Origin: an uncultured Chloroflexia bacterium
Lineage (GTDB): Bacteria > Chloroflexota > UBA6077 > JACCZL01
Assembly: GCA_963765765.1 (NCBI GenBank)
Contig: CAVXYC010000023.1
Coordinates: forward strand, 192,001 to 256,000
Length of the DNA stretch: 64,000 nucleotides
Direction: 5' to 3'
Below are positions 38,436-50,463 of this stretch, one piece after another (within the stretch, counting starts at the first letter, position 1; each line of letters begins with the position of its first letter). A program made the position numbers and the translations under genes. Below the pieces are notes generated by a model, which saw only the letters and a list, made by a program, of their open reading frames with translations, did not search any database and was not told the origin of the DNA.

Positions 38436-39149
38436 TTATCAGCTCTCACAGGTGGACACCGCGCGTGACAGCAGTCTTCGGCACGTCACTCGGTTGTTCC
38501 CCCAGACATTTACCGAGTTGACGTCCCCTCAGCCAGACAACCTAGATCTCTAATCTGCACGGGACACGGCGTCGCCAGTAAAGGCATGGACACGGCCTTC
38601 TCCGGAACAGCTTCCGGCGGACAGGGCGGAACCCGAGTCTCGATGGGCTTAATCGGTCGGCTGCTGAGCCGCCATAACCGGGCATCAAAACGGGACGCCA
38701 ACCACGTGCTTTTGTACGAGCTCGCTTAGGGATAGCCCCGTTAATTGATGGACCTGAGAGTTCGGGGCCAGCGATCGGCGGCGGCCCTGTCGGGGCATCG
38801 CACAGGCCGGCGTAACGAGTCCTTCTGCTGCTGACCTTCCTGAGATGCAAGTTCTCGCCGCGTTCGTGGATCTTTGAGAAAGGCAGGAACGAAGGCCATA
38901 TGAACCACAGCGAGGTCGCTTGACTGGCCAAGCGAGGTTAAACCTCAAGGTAAGGGCGCTCAAGGAACTCTCAATCGAGGTGCCCGAGGAGACGGACCAG
39001 ATCGGGACGCGTTCGTGGAGCCTCTGCCTACGATCAGCCTGCTGCCCGGAGTGAGGCGGATGCCGTGAACTTTCGATACCGAGCTGGCTTTCCCCGATCA
39101 CGTTCGATCAGCGAGAGAATCCGTCCTTCGGCAGCGACCAAGATGAGGC

Positions 39150-39560
39150 ATGGCACCAATGAGCGAACATATTTTCAAAGACAATTTGGGACCAAAATCA
39201 GACTTCTCCCCCCATAAGTTTCGACTCTCCTTTCATGAGCTATCGGTTTTCGAGGAGGCGCTATTCGTCGGATTTAGAGATGAACCAGTGCTTTCGGCCC
39301 GCCTGGACGCTCCAGATGACCGAACTGGTCAGACACAGACATCAGTGGCCACAGGATCGCCGTGGCCCGCAGCCTGGCAAGCTGCCATTCTGGGAATCGT
39401 GGCGGCAATTGGGTTGGGTCTCATCTTGCTCCTGCCCCCAAGCGTCCCAGACATTGTGGACGCGGAGGATGCCGGTTATTCGCTCGCCATCGATCTCGAC
39501 ATGGGGCCCGCGGCTGATGCTCGGCATGAGTGGGCCGATGTGCGAACTCTGTTCCGGTAA
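39150..39560 (+). CDS. Hypothetical single-TM protein
   Basis: 136-aa ORF with AAILGIVAAIGLGLILLL. Confidence 0.4.
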   Translation: MAPMSEHIFKDNLGPKSDFSPHKFRLSFHELSVFEEALFVGFRDEPVLSARLDAPDDRTGQTQTSVATGSPWPAAWQAAILGIVAAIGLGLILLLPPSVPDIVDAEDAGYSLAIDLDMGPAADARHEWADVRTLFR

Positions 39561-39841
39561 GCGCTTGATCCCATTGAATTGAACGCCGCAGCATCTGCAT
39601 CAAGGCTGTGTACGTCAGGCGGCGGATATTACTCTACGGGAAGAGGTCCGCCGGGCATGCGGCCTCCTCCGCGGAGGCCGCGAGGGCTTGTTTGGACGAT
39701 GCCGTTGCCAGGCATGGCTGGATTGAGCGTAGATTCGACCCTCGGGATCCAGAATCGGATTGCAGACTCACTAACTGCCCGGACCGAAGCTCGAAATTCG
39801 TCGAGCATCCGACAACTGTTGCCTTCAGTCTTCGCTCATGT

Positions 39842-41641
39842 CTATTTGTCGATCCACCAATTTGCAGCGTCCCAGGTGAGATTGTTGGCGAAGACGTTGA
39901 CTTGCCAACCTCTCACAAACTTCTTAAATGCGTCGAGCTGCAGCCGGTTGTAAAGCACAATTTGACCCTTGCCTTCACTCACTCTCTCAGCAACGACGCC
40001 GTAAGCCTGCTTTCGCTGAGCTTCATCCAATGTCGATTCACCTTGAGCTAGGGCCAGATCGATCTGAGGATCCATTATCCGGTGGAAATTTGCGCCACCA
40101 CGATTCTGCTCAGTTGGAATTTGAGAACTGTGGAAGTTGCCCTGGAGAAAGCTATGCGGCTCCAACCCGGTTGCGCTGAAGGTTGCCATGAGCATGTCAA
40201 AATTTCCACGCGCACGTTGTGCGTTGTCTTGCCAGGTCCCAAGCACAACCGCAGATGGCGCGGTCTTAAGCTCAACTTCGATGCCGACCTCTCGTAGCTG
40301 CTCTTGAATGACCTGCTGGGTCTGTTCGCGCAGTTGATCGCCAGAAGTGGTTAGCAACTCAATCTTCGCTCGCACACCCTCGCGTGTGCGGATATTGTCC
40401 GTCCCCACTCGCCAACCAGCATCATCAAGAAGCTGCTTGGCGCGAATCACGTTGTATTCACTCGGTGGAAGTGAAGGAGCGAACCATCCAAGCGGTATGA
40501 CGGATGTCGCCACAGTCGCCTTGCCGTAAAGCAACGTATCCACCAGCAATTTCTTGTCAATCGCCATCTCGATGGCCTGGCGTACGCGGAGGTCACCCAA
40601 TAATTGGTGGGGACAGTCGGGGTTGCCTTGCCCATCTCCTGATGAGCAGCTCGTATTGAGTACGAGTCGTTCAAGCCGTGGACTCGGCTTTGGCTCGATC
40701 ACTGCGTCAGCGATGCTCTCGATTTCGGGAATATTTGGTTCGGCCAGGTTCCAAAGGACGTCGGTTTCGCCAATCTTGAATGACTGAATCGCAACCTCTC
40801 GGCTCGGAATGAACCTGAAGATGAGCGAGTCCAGGTGAGGCTTCCCGGAGTCTCGGTAGCGTGAATTGCGAGTTACGGTTATTGCTGTCCCACTCTCCCA
40901 GGAATTAAAGACAAATGGGCCTGTACCAATCGGGGCCCGATTAAAGGCGTGCTTATCAATCGCGGGATTCCCGCCAAAGACATGCTCTGGCAGAATCCAT
41001 GGGAAATGTTCGCGATACGGAGCGTACGGTCGCCTATACGTCACGACCACCGTGCTGTCATCGGGTGTCACGAGCGACTCGATCTCAGAATAGCCGGCAC
41101 GAAGGACTACTGGATTCTCCGGGAGGATCATGACTTGGTAGGTGAACGCGACATCCTTGCTCGTAAACGGCCTACCGTCCGACCAAACAACGCCAGATCG
41201 CAATTTCCACGTAACCGTCCGCCCGTCCTGTGACACACCACCGTTGGTAAGTGAAGGAACTTCCTGCGCCAGGACAGGGACATAGGTTCCATCGGCCCCT
41301 GACGCAATTAAGCCCTCCAGAATTGTGCTGGCAACAACGGTGGCTACCGTCTGACTGCCAAAGATCGGGTTGAGGATGGCCGGTTCCTGAGCTAATCCAA
41401 TTCGTACATTGCCACCTGACTTGACGAGGTCGGAGACGGGTTTTGCGGCGGTTGCCTCAGGTGACGGCGCGGATTTGGTTTCGTTTGATGTGCGGATGAT
41501 GTTGGAGTAAGCGTTGGCGCCGGGAAAGGCGTGGAGGACTGAGTGCAGCCGACGATGAGTAGGACCGACGAAAATGCAGTGAGGAACAGCCGAAACTCTA
41601 ACGGATGCCATTGCGGAATTCCCTCTCATCCCTGAAAACAC
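39842..41641 (-). CDS. ABC transporter peptide/nickel-type substrate-binding lipoprotein (SBP family 5); N-terminus frameshifted
   Basis: LRSGVVWSDGRPFTSKDV, PIGTGPF, DLRVRQAI, AKQLLDDAGW; lipobox LLIVGC present in an alternative frame near 41550. Confidence 0.9.
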   Translation of the reverse strand: MFSGMRGNSAMASVRVSAVPHCIFVGPTHRRLHSVLHAFPGANAYSNIIRTSNETKSAPSPEATAAKPVSDLVKSGGNVRIGLAQEPAILNPIFGSQTVATVVASTILEGLIASGADGTYVPVLAQEVPSLTNGGVSQDGRTVTWKLRSGVVWSDGRPFTSKDVAFTYQVMILPENPVVLRAGYSEIESLVTPDDSTVVVTYRRPYAPYREHFPWILPEHVFGGNPAIDKHAFNRAPIGTGPFVFNSWESGTAITVTRNSRYRDSGKPHLDSLIFRFIPSREVAIQSFKIGETDVLWNLAEPNIPEIESIADAVIEPKPSPRLERLVLNTSCSSGDGQGNPDCPHQLLGDLRVRQAIEMAIDKKLLVDTLLYGKATVATSVIPLGWFAPSLPPSEYNVIRAKQLLDDAGWRVGTDNIRTREGVRAKIELLTTSGDQLREQTQQVIQEQLREVGIEVELKTAPSAVVLGTWQDNAQRARGNFDMLMATFSATGLEPHSFLQGNFHSSQIPTEQNRGGANFHRIMDPQIDLALAQGESTLDEAQRKQAYGVVAERVSEGKGQIVLYNRLQLDAFKKFVRGWQVNVFANNLTWDAANWWIDK

Positions 41642-42000
41642 ACTGCAATATCGTCAGGGACGGTCGAGTGGAACCGAAGTCGTGCGCATTGGCCGTACAG
41701 CGCACTTCGGCGGTACGCGAAGCCGAGACCCACCCTACCACAAGCGCAACATCGTGTCGACGGAGCCGGAGCTAGCCAGGCCGAAGGGTCAGGAAACACC
41801 TCTGCCTTCGAATGTCCCTCATGTCTGGCCCCGTAGCTATCATGTCCAGGCCGTGATGAAATGCGTTGCAAGGGCAGCAGCGCAAAGTAGGACGTAACGA
41901 AGTTACGCAGTGGGTACCTTGCAATTATTGGCCACGGTGCTATCGTTGACGGCAATTTCCTGTTTCCTGGCGACGCACGGAATCTAGAGAGGCTGGTGAT

Positions 42001-43817
42001 ATGACGAGCGCATTTCGCCGATACGCAGAAGGCGTCAGCTCCAAACCTGGCGGTCGACTATCGATCGCCTCTCGCCCAGGGGCCCTTGACGATGTCGTGC
42101 TCGAGACTGACGAAATTCAGGGCAATATCCTCGGGGGTTTCAACAAACCCTTCCAATCCATTCTTGGTTTGAAGATTGAGAACCCCCGGGTCTTCCGATG
42201 GCGACTCGGTGAGCTCGCTCCGCGGATTGCATCAGCCACCGAGGTACTTGCCTTCAATCGCCTCTATAAGGCAATCGAACAACGGCAAGCAAACGGGATG
42301 GGATCTCGTCGAGGGAATCCGGTGCAAGCTGTGAGAGCTACGTGGGTCAATATCGCATTCTCGTACGTCGGCCTACGCAAGCTAACAGATGGGACAAGCC
42401 TCGAGCTTGCGTCGCCTGATGACTTTAAGGATGAGGCATTCCGTCAAGGCTTAAAAGAGAGGTCAAAGCAGCTCGGGGAGCCGGCCACTGGATCTGGAAG
42501 TACACGCGAGTGGGTCGTGGGTGGAGATGACAATGAGGCGGACGTGCTCATCATCATCGCCAGCGATGACCGCGGGGATTTAGGTGAGGAGGTCGTATGG
42601 TGGCGCACCCAGCTCGAAAAATGTGCCCCGATCACCTTCCCGAAAAATCTGCCTCGCTACGTACGAGAGCCTCGCATGCTCTTTCACAAAGACAGTGGGG
42701 TGGAAGTTGGCGCCAAGCTCCCGGGGGGAAAAGAGCATTTTGGCTATCGTGATGGTATTTCACAGCCGGGACTGCGCGGAACCCTATCCACGGACCCTCG
42801 TGACGTACTGACGCCAAGGCAGAATCCGAGCAACGGTGAGCAGGGTCTGCCCGGACAGGATCTCCTATGGCCCGGTGAATTCGTCTTTGGCTATCCGACC
42901 CAGGTTGCCGGTGGCGAAGTGACTGAACGAGGCCCAGAGTCGTCCGCCGGACCCGAGTGGGCCAGAAATAGCTCATTCCTGGTATTCCGTCGTCTCACGC
43001 AGGATGTCTATGCGTTTCACAGCTTTCTTGAGAGCGCGTCGAAAAATCTCGACCTTCCCCCCGAAGCAATAAGCGACTCCACCGATCGAGCGGCTTGGTT
43101 AGGCGCCCGGCTGGTCGGTCGATGGCCGAGCGGAGCACCCGTTTCTCGGACTCCAGAATGTGATTTACCCGACCTGGGGGAAAACGAGTGCGCCAATAAC
43201 CATTTCGCATTTCAAACGGCCTCATCAGCCATCCGACTCGACGGGATGCGTGTCGGGGACCAAACGCAGGACACCTTCCCCTCGCTCCAATGGATCCCCA
43301 CGGTCTCAGATGCCCCTTCGCCGCCCATATCAGAAAGGTGTATCCAAGGGACGACTCATCACCCGATACGGTCCAGCCCACGGTTCAGGGTGAACTCACT
43401 GCCCGCGGGCGACTGAGTAAAGCCGATACACAGACGCATCGTCTGCTTCGACGGGGAATTCCATTCGGGAAGGCTTCGGGCCCAACGCCAGTTCAACTAC
43501 GGAGCGATGACCTTGAACGGGGTCTGTACTTCATCGCTTACCAAACATCAATTGTTCGCCAGTTTGAATTCGTCACGACGCACTGGGCCAGCGATCCCGA
43601 TTTCAAGGAAGACGAAGCCGGCTATGACCCGTTCATTGGACAGAATGACCTGAGCAATCATCGGCCACGAACGTTCAACATACCGCTAGCTAATGGCGAA
43701 CAGAAAAAGCTTGAAATAGATTCCCCTTGGGTGACGCTGACAGGGGGCGGATACTTCTTTTCTCCCTCAATAAGCGCGCTTCAGCGGATTGCTCGTGCGA
43801 CTCCAAATCCGGTCTGA
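42001..43817 (+). CDS. Dye-decolorizing peroxidase (DyP), frameshift near 43290
   Basis: IQGNILGGF, FGYRDGISQP (GxxDG), FLVFRRLTQD, GRWPSG; CPFAAHIRKVYPR, RLLRRGIPF, GGGYFFSPSI. Confidence 0.92.
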
Positions 43818-44241
43818 TTGAGGCGGTTGAGAAAACTCGTGCCGTCGACTTGCACATGATCTAATCTTGGTTTCTCCATCTTTCAAAGGCTGTAACGCAT
43901 TGGGCGATCATCGACCTATGAATTCAATTGAATGGCGCGAGTGGAACTAGCTGAGATGGCCACGTTGCTTTGTGTGCGTTGTCCTGTCGAAACATATCGA
44001 CTTACCAGATATTTGGAGCGTGGTGTCGCTGATAGGAGTCTGCGTAAGACAACACATATCCTCGGTAAGAAAGGATGGCATGGCTCGCTAATCAATAAAC
44101 ACATCAAGGCTCTGAGCACCTTGAAAGCTCATTCAGTCTTTATCGATTCGATGGAACATCATCATCCGCTGAGCAATAGTCTTTCGGAATGTTGCACAGA
44201 GTGGCATGTCAGTTGCGATTTTGTGATAGAGAGGAACCGTG

Positions 44242-45090
44242 ATGACTAATTATCCGAATGGTTGGCCAGATGTCAGCGCCGAGATTGAAGCAGACCAGGA
44301 GAGTAATAAGCCGTACAAGTGGGATTCCCAAGCGCTCGATAAGTTGGCAGAGTTTGTGCGACTGCAGTCAAAGGGTGCGGCTTGGGACGGTGATGCGATC
44401 AGAACCATCATCACCGATCTCGCAGGAGCAAGTAATGCCGACGGGTTTGACTATGCGTCTGCCATCGAGCTTGGCAATCAGATAATCGCTGAGAGTCCGT
44501 ATTCGTATAAGCTAGGAAGTGTTTACCTTAAGGACTACCAGGGAAACGAGGCCTTTCGTGTTGGAGGCTACTACGCGGAGCATAGTATAGGTAAAGGTGA
44601 CCCTATTACCCAGAAGCCAGAGAAGGATTGCGTCAAGTTCCGAACGCCAAAAAGTGGCCAGAAAGGAGATGTCGCTGATATCGAGAAGAGGCTTGGTGAC
44701 TTCAAGAGCCCGGATGAGGACAAGCTCTGCGCATATAAATGGAACCCGTGGTTGTATCCGCACAAGCCCGAGCAGTCAATAGAGCAGACACACAACGTTC
44801 TAAAGACCCTCGAATACGGGTACAAGGATCTGCCAACTGGAGAGGACCTCACTAACCACAGTCCACACCTCGTCATCCTTTACACGGCCACGAATGATTT
44901 TCACGTGCCCGCGCCCCCGATTGGAAGGACGCGGGTGCGGCACTCGCCTCATGGAGTAGTGGAAGATCAGGCGGGTTGTGTTTCACGTGATCGGGGAGTC
45001 GATGTCGAATTGGAAGATTCAACAGGGGAACTTTGGCGTGACCGTAGTCAGGTCATGCGGGATCGGAAGCGGATGATGTGGGCTGTGTAA
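44242..45090 (+). CDS. Hypothetical protein (lower GC, no recognised domain)
   Basis: GAGG RBS; about 280-aa ORF with natural composition; C-terminus may be frameshifted. Confidence 0.65.
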   Translation: MTNYPNGWPDVSAEIEADQESNKPYKWDSQALDKLAEFVRLQSKGAAWDGDAIRTIITDLAGASNADGFDYASAIELGNQIIAESPYSYKLGSVYLKDYQGNEAFRVGGYYAEHSIGKGDPITQKPEKDCVKFRTPKSGQKGDVADIEKRLGDFKSPDEDKLCAYKWNPWLYPHKPEQSIEQTHNVLKTLEYGYKDLPTGEDLTNHSPHLVILYTATNDFHVPAPPIGRTRVRHSPHGVVEDQAGCVSRDRGVDVELEDSTGELWRDRSQVMRDRKRMMWAV

Positions 45091-48000
45091 CCCGAGGCTT
45101 GTCCAGCAACTCTCGTATCCGCGGACCGATTTCTCGCAGGCGGGCGGAGCAATCACCGGCGGCGTCAGCGAATAGTTTGTAGCCAACCGCAGAGTCTGTC
45201 CGTTTGAAGTAGGCAAGGGCGGCGTTGAAGTGGCGCAGGACAGCATCTGCCTGATCACGGGTGTAGCTAGCCTGCTTGGCTTGCGCGAGCCGGGCTTGCC
45301 CCAACAGGTACGAGCTGCCGAAGGATTCTGCAAGGTCGACCGCGGAGTCAGCGCTGGACTTCGCGGTCGAGGAGTCTCCAAGAACATGACAGAGCTCGGC
45401 GAGTAACGCATGGGCAGCGATCACGGCACTCGCAGGCAGACCTATCGAGAGCGCTCCACTCACCATTTCAAGGCGGGTCTCAGGCAATGGCAGGTATCCC
45501 CGGCACTCTGCCACTGCTAACATTGTGAGCGGTCGCTCGATGGAGCTGGGCATAGCGTCCGCCAGTTCCATAGCACTCCGCAATTGCGATAGAGCTTGTT
45601 TGTCGTCGTCAAGCCACGTGAGTAGCTGTCCGAGGCCACGTCTGGCCGCCACGAGGTAGGGACTGGGATCCATCGACTCCGCTATGTCGATCGCCTCAGC
45701 GTACGACTGACGTGACGCTTCCCATTTCCCCTGGTGCATGTACACCTCTCCGAGGCCGATGAGACTGAGGATGCTCCGGCGAGCTGATCGGCGCGGTTTC
45801 GCAGGGCCAGCGAGCGCTGAAAGCTTGCCTCGGCGGCGGTCCAGCTCGAATCCGCGATATGCACGGCTCCAACGACGTTGTGACAATCAGGCAGAAATCG
45901 GCCACCCACATCCTGAGCAAGTCGTAGCGCGAGATCCGCGTTGGCTCGCGCCTGCTCCAGGTCGCCTTCCGCTAGATTCACGCGTCCAAGCCACAGCAGA
46001 GAGTTCACCGCCCGATGTTCTGCCGCCGCGCTCCGACAGATGTCGATGGCGCGCTGGAAGCCCCGGTGCGCCACGGAAAAATGCCCCGCCATTGCATAGT
46101 CCACGGCCAGGTTCGATTCGCGTACGGCCAGATCAATGACGTCAGCCTGTCCCAGTGCGATGTCCCTCGCCATCTGGTCCTCACGGATGCCGTCGTCAAT
46201 TCTGCCTAGCAAAATGTTTGCGGCCGAAAGCGCTTTGTGGCCGGCAATCCGCGCACTCGGCTCGCCGGACTGCTGAGCGTCCTCCAACATCTCGCGGCCG
46301 AGAGCGAGCAATGCGTGCCCCTGGCCACGCAGGAACAGTACTTGCGCCTGGTGCTCCTGAATGCTGAAGCGCACTCGGGCCACGCCAGGCTCGGCCCCTA
46401 TCTCTGGCTAACTCCGCCAGACCCGCGTCGCCTTCTTCGTGAGCTAACGACCCTTGTGACATCTGAAGCAGTGCGTGGGCGCAGATCTCATGTGATTGGG
46501 CGCGCTCTATCGGGTCGTTGGTGAATAATCGCGGGCTTCCTGAGCGTACTCTAAGGCGCGCGCCCAATAGCCCATCGATCGAGACGCATGTGCCCGTTGG
46601 ATCGCCAGCTCAAAGTGCGTCGCCGATTGAGCTCGCTCTCAACGAGTGGCAAGAGCTCGGCTGCATTATCAAAATGTTGAAGCGCCTCCCGGTGGGAGAA
46701 CAACTTCGCCGCTTGCCGGCCCGGCATCCAGAGAGTACTGGAGCTGCCTTGATTCGCAATTCTGAGCTCGTGCCTGCAAGGACATAATGATAAGCAAGCT
46801 CTCCTGGGCGCTGTGACGAGCCGTTCAGAGCTCTTCAAGCACGGCGCCGGCGCGGGCATGGAGAAGCATGCGCCGTGGGCGACTGAGATGTGCGTACAGG
46901 ACTTCCCGAAGCAGTCCGTGCGAGAAGATATACCCTGGCAGGTGTCTCCTGGATGAGCTGAGTCGCTATGGCTTCTTCCAAGGGTCTCACGATATCGATG
47001 TGGCCTGCCGATTGCAGCATTCCCGCCAGCGCTTCATAGTCGATGACCCGTCCCAGGATGGCTGCTACATTGAGTACCTCACGGCATTCCGGGCTCAGGC
47101 GGTTCAGGCGATGGCCAATGACGGCCTGGGTGATAGGCGGAAGAGTCTGACCAAGCGAGCCTATTGACTGCCAGACGCCGTCAAGGCAGTCAATCCGGCC
47201 GTCTTCCTTCAGGGCGAAGGACGAATTGCTCGAGGAAGAGAGGGTTTCCTCCCGTGGCATCATGAAGATGTGCAATCAATAGCGGACTGACAGGGCCATC
47301 AAGGAGCCGTTCCACCATACGTCCGGCATCATCGCGGGCGAGGGGCGGTAGCCTGATCTGCTCCGCGCCCTCACGCAATAGCACAGCCTCGAGCTGGCCC
47401 AGCGGCTCAGATGGCTGCACTTCATCATTGCGAAATGTCCCTAGTAACACGACCGGCAGCCGACGAGCCTGACGTGTGATGAAATGGATCAGGTCGAAGG
47501 TGGCGGCGTCAGCAGCGTGTAGGTCTTCAAGACAGATCAAGACTGGCCGTTGCGCTGCTAATGCCCGCAGCAGGGTATGCACGGCACTGAAGAGACGCGT
47601 CTGATCCGGTGGGGTGCGACCGGGATCATTTGCAAGCCATAAGTGCTGCTGAAGCTCCGGGACGATCTCGGCGAGATCGTTCGCGACTGCGCCGAGCTTG
47701 GAGCGGATCCAGTCCGGAGGTGCAGCCAGTAAGTAGTCGGCGAACGCGTCGTGGAACGGGCCCTGCGGCACCACGCCCTGCTGTTCGTAGCCGCCACCGA
47801 CCAGGCACAAATAGCCCATGCGTTGGGCACGCCGGACGATGGCGCCTGCCAGGGCGCTCTTGCCGGTCCCGGCAGGTGCACTCAGGAGAAGCACCTGGAG
47901 GGACTGGCGTCCCTGCTCCAGGAGACGCTCAGCCACGTTCAGCTCTGGTACCCGACCAATGAGCTGTTCTGGCGTCCGAAACGGGTAGGACGGCAGATAC

Positions 48001-49504
48001 GGTGGAGGGTCCGCGGAGGTTTGCGACTTGGTATGCGGAGGATTGACCTGCTGCGATTTATCCTGTGCCGGAGCCGGGGGTGGCGGTATCGCCTGCGCAG
48101 GCCGCGGCTCAATGATCGCCTCGAATTCGCCCGCGGCAATTTGCTCCCGCAAGATCATCGTGCGATCCTCTGGCTCAATCTCGATACCGCGTAGTGCTTC
48201 CATCGAGCCGGTCAAACACGCGGAGGCTTTCCGAGCGGCGACCGTGGATTGCTAAAAGCCGCATGAGTGCCCGTGCGGCCCGCTCATCGCACGGGTCGGA
48301 CTGAAGGATGCGCCGCAGGGCATTCGACGCCGCCTCGACATCGCCGCGCTGCTCGCGGGCCTCCGCCAGGCTGAGCTGCAGCTCCACCCATTGACGTCGG
48401 AGCGATTCCCGCCGCTCCTCGGCCCAGGTCTCATACGGATCACCGGCCAGGTAATCGCCGCTATACAGCTTATCCGCCTCCTCCAGAATCGGGAGGGAGT
48501 TCTCGGATGCCCGTGCGGCTCCAACCATGTGCTCAAATGCGTCTGCGTCCACCCAGATGTCGGCATCGGGGGGAACCAGAACCGCCCCTGCTGGGTGATC
48601 ACAAGGCCCTGGCCACGGGCCGCTCCGGAGGCGCCCAGCGCGGACCGGAGAGCGCTGAGCGTGGAACGGAGCGTCTTCTGCGCGGCCTCAAAATCCGGTG
48701 CCTCGGGCCAGAAGAGATCGATGGCTTCGTCGATGGTCATGCGTCGGTGTGGGCGGGTCAGCAAGCATTTCAGGAGCTGCCGTGCCTTCTGCTTCTTCCA
48801 GACACCATCCGTGAGCTCGCGGCCATCGACCAGCACGCGGAAGTGGCCCAGAAGGTGCACGCGGATGGACGCACTCGTGGCGCGCTCGGCTTGAGCTCCT
48901 TTCATTGTCGAACGGGAAAGCGGGCGAGGTCTCAGCTCCCGGATCGGCTCGTCATCTGGCAAGTAAGGAGCCACTACGCGATAGATCTCGATCGGTCGCT
49001 TCACACCGCGCAGCTGCCGCTGCCCCAGCATCCGGAGCTAGGCTTCGGGCGGAAGATGATCCCAGACTAGCTCGGCAGTGGAGGGACCCAGGAGCACTTG
49101 CTGCCCTCCGGCGAGCGCGAGCAGGCGCGATGCGCGATTCAACACCAGTCCGAAGTAGTCCCCGTCTCGTTGCCCGGCAACGCCGGTCAAGAGCGCCATT
49201 CGGACTCTCAGTGGGGCGTTTTCTGACCACGCCTGGCGGGTGATCTCGCGCTGCGTGTCAAGTGCGGCTGTCAGGGCGTCTGACGCCCTGCGAAGGCGGC
49301 GTAAGCGCCATCCCCCGTCGTCTTGAAGATGGTTCCGCCGTGCCGCTCGACGTTGGCTCTCACGATGGAGTCGTGTAGAGCCAGGTGGGATTCCATCCCG
49401 AGTGGATCGCGCTCCCAGTGAAGGGTGCTGTCCTCGATGTCTGTGAGAAGGAATGTGACCGTGCCCTGAGGTAGCGCTTTGCCGACTGGCACGGCTTGGC
49501 CCAT
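45053..49504 (-). pseudogene. Adenylate cyclase - SARP/BTAD - AAA ATPase - TPR protein, heavily disrupted
   Basis: LPQGTVTFLLTDIEDST/FKTTGDG; LNRASRL; VHLLGHFRV..KARQLLKCLL; LYSGDYL..DPCDERAARALM; APAGTGKS, LEDLHAAD, TGGNPLF; TPRs. At least 6 frameshifts plus an in-frame TAG at 49038-49040. Confidence 0.82.
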
Positions 49505-49770
49505 CTGGCTGACATCGTCAGCCTAGAACCGGATATCCAGTGCCTGGCTCTTTTTCCGCCACCGCCACCTCAGTGGTCTCGTGTTGGGATGGTCAACCGC
49601 CGTAATGACGTGATGGTAGCAGGTTGTTTTGCTCATGCGGGTGGACATTCGGACGTCAATTCAGCGCCTATGCGGAAATGTTTGGAACTGGTCCTATCTG
49701 GAACTTCGCTGGAGCGTGACGGGAACTTTGCCTCTCTAGCATGGCCGCAGATGACTCCTAGGAGGCAGCC

Positions 49771-50463
49771 ATGAGGACAGTGAATGAAGCCCGTTTCGAT
49801 CCACAGCTGACAACCGTTGCGCCGGCATACACAGCCATCATTCCTTTGAACACGCCCGAGTGGGATCGGCCGTGTCTGGACGAGAGTGATCATCAGACTA
49901 GTCTCGACGGAGATCTGGCCTGGAGTGCGATTTACTCACGGCTCTCCTTTGATCGCGGCGACCATCAGGCGTTTCAGGCGCTTCAGCGGCGTGTCGCTCG
50001 CTGGGCGCATCGTCAGCTCAGCTCCCCTACCTCGCTCCGCGAGCAGAGCGATGACGTCGTCGCTGACACCTGCGCGGCGGTGGTCTTGGGATTGGGGCAG
50101 GCGTACGGCGCGGAAACATTTTCGGGGTTCGTCTATGGTCATTTCCTGAGTGCCCGCCGTCGTTACCTGCGCTTTTCTCGTATGGAGCTTGTTCCGCTGA
50201 ATGATCATCTGGTGGATGCACACACCGAGATTGACCCATCCGCTGACGAGCTGGCCCTTTTGCGCCGATGCCTGCATGGGCTTACGCCTCGCGAGCGGCG
50301 GGCCGTGGAGCTGCGGTACTTTGACGATGTCTCGTCCCGAGAGATTGCCAGCGCACTCGGAGTCACGGAGACCAACGCGCGTCGGATCGTGTTCAACGGC
50401 ATCGCGCACATGCGACGGAGTGCCCAGCGTATCTGGCCTTCAGGGCGCGAGGGTGAGCAGTGA
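49771..50463 (+). CDS. ECF-type sigma-70 factor
   Basis: GDHQAFQAL, DDVVADT (region 2); LHGLTPRERRAVELRYFDDVSSREIASALG (region 4). Confidence 0.85.
   Translation: MRTVNEARFDPQLTTVAPAYTAIIPLNTPEWDRPCLDESDHQTSLDGDLAWSAIYSRLSFDRGDHQAFQALQRRVARWAHRQLSSPTSLREQSDDVVADTCAAVVLGLGQAYGAETFSGFVYGHFLSARRRYLRFSRMELVPLNDHLVDAHTEIDPSADELALLRRCLHGLTPRERRAVELRYFDDVSSREIASALGVTETNARRIVFNGIAHMRRSAQRIWPSGREGEQ

Noticed and set aside
38500-39140. Long apparently non-coding stretch: riboswitch, ncRNA or pseudogene
   Set aside because: No riboswitch consensus or coherent reading frame recognised by eye; needs an Rfam/Infernal scan.
41650-41990. Riboswitch upstream of the ABC substrate-binding gene
   Set aside because: Hairpins are present but no TPP, SAM, cobalamin, FMN or lysine consensus could be matched.
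43700-45090. DyP-encapsulin nanocompartment operon
   Set aside because: The DyP C-terminus lacks a GSLxIGSL-type cargo peptide and the downstream ORF shows no encapsulin features.
49038-49040. In-frame TAG as pyrrolysine or programmed readthrough
   Set aside because: No pyl genes in the window, the position is non-catalytic, and the gene has many other lesions.
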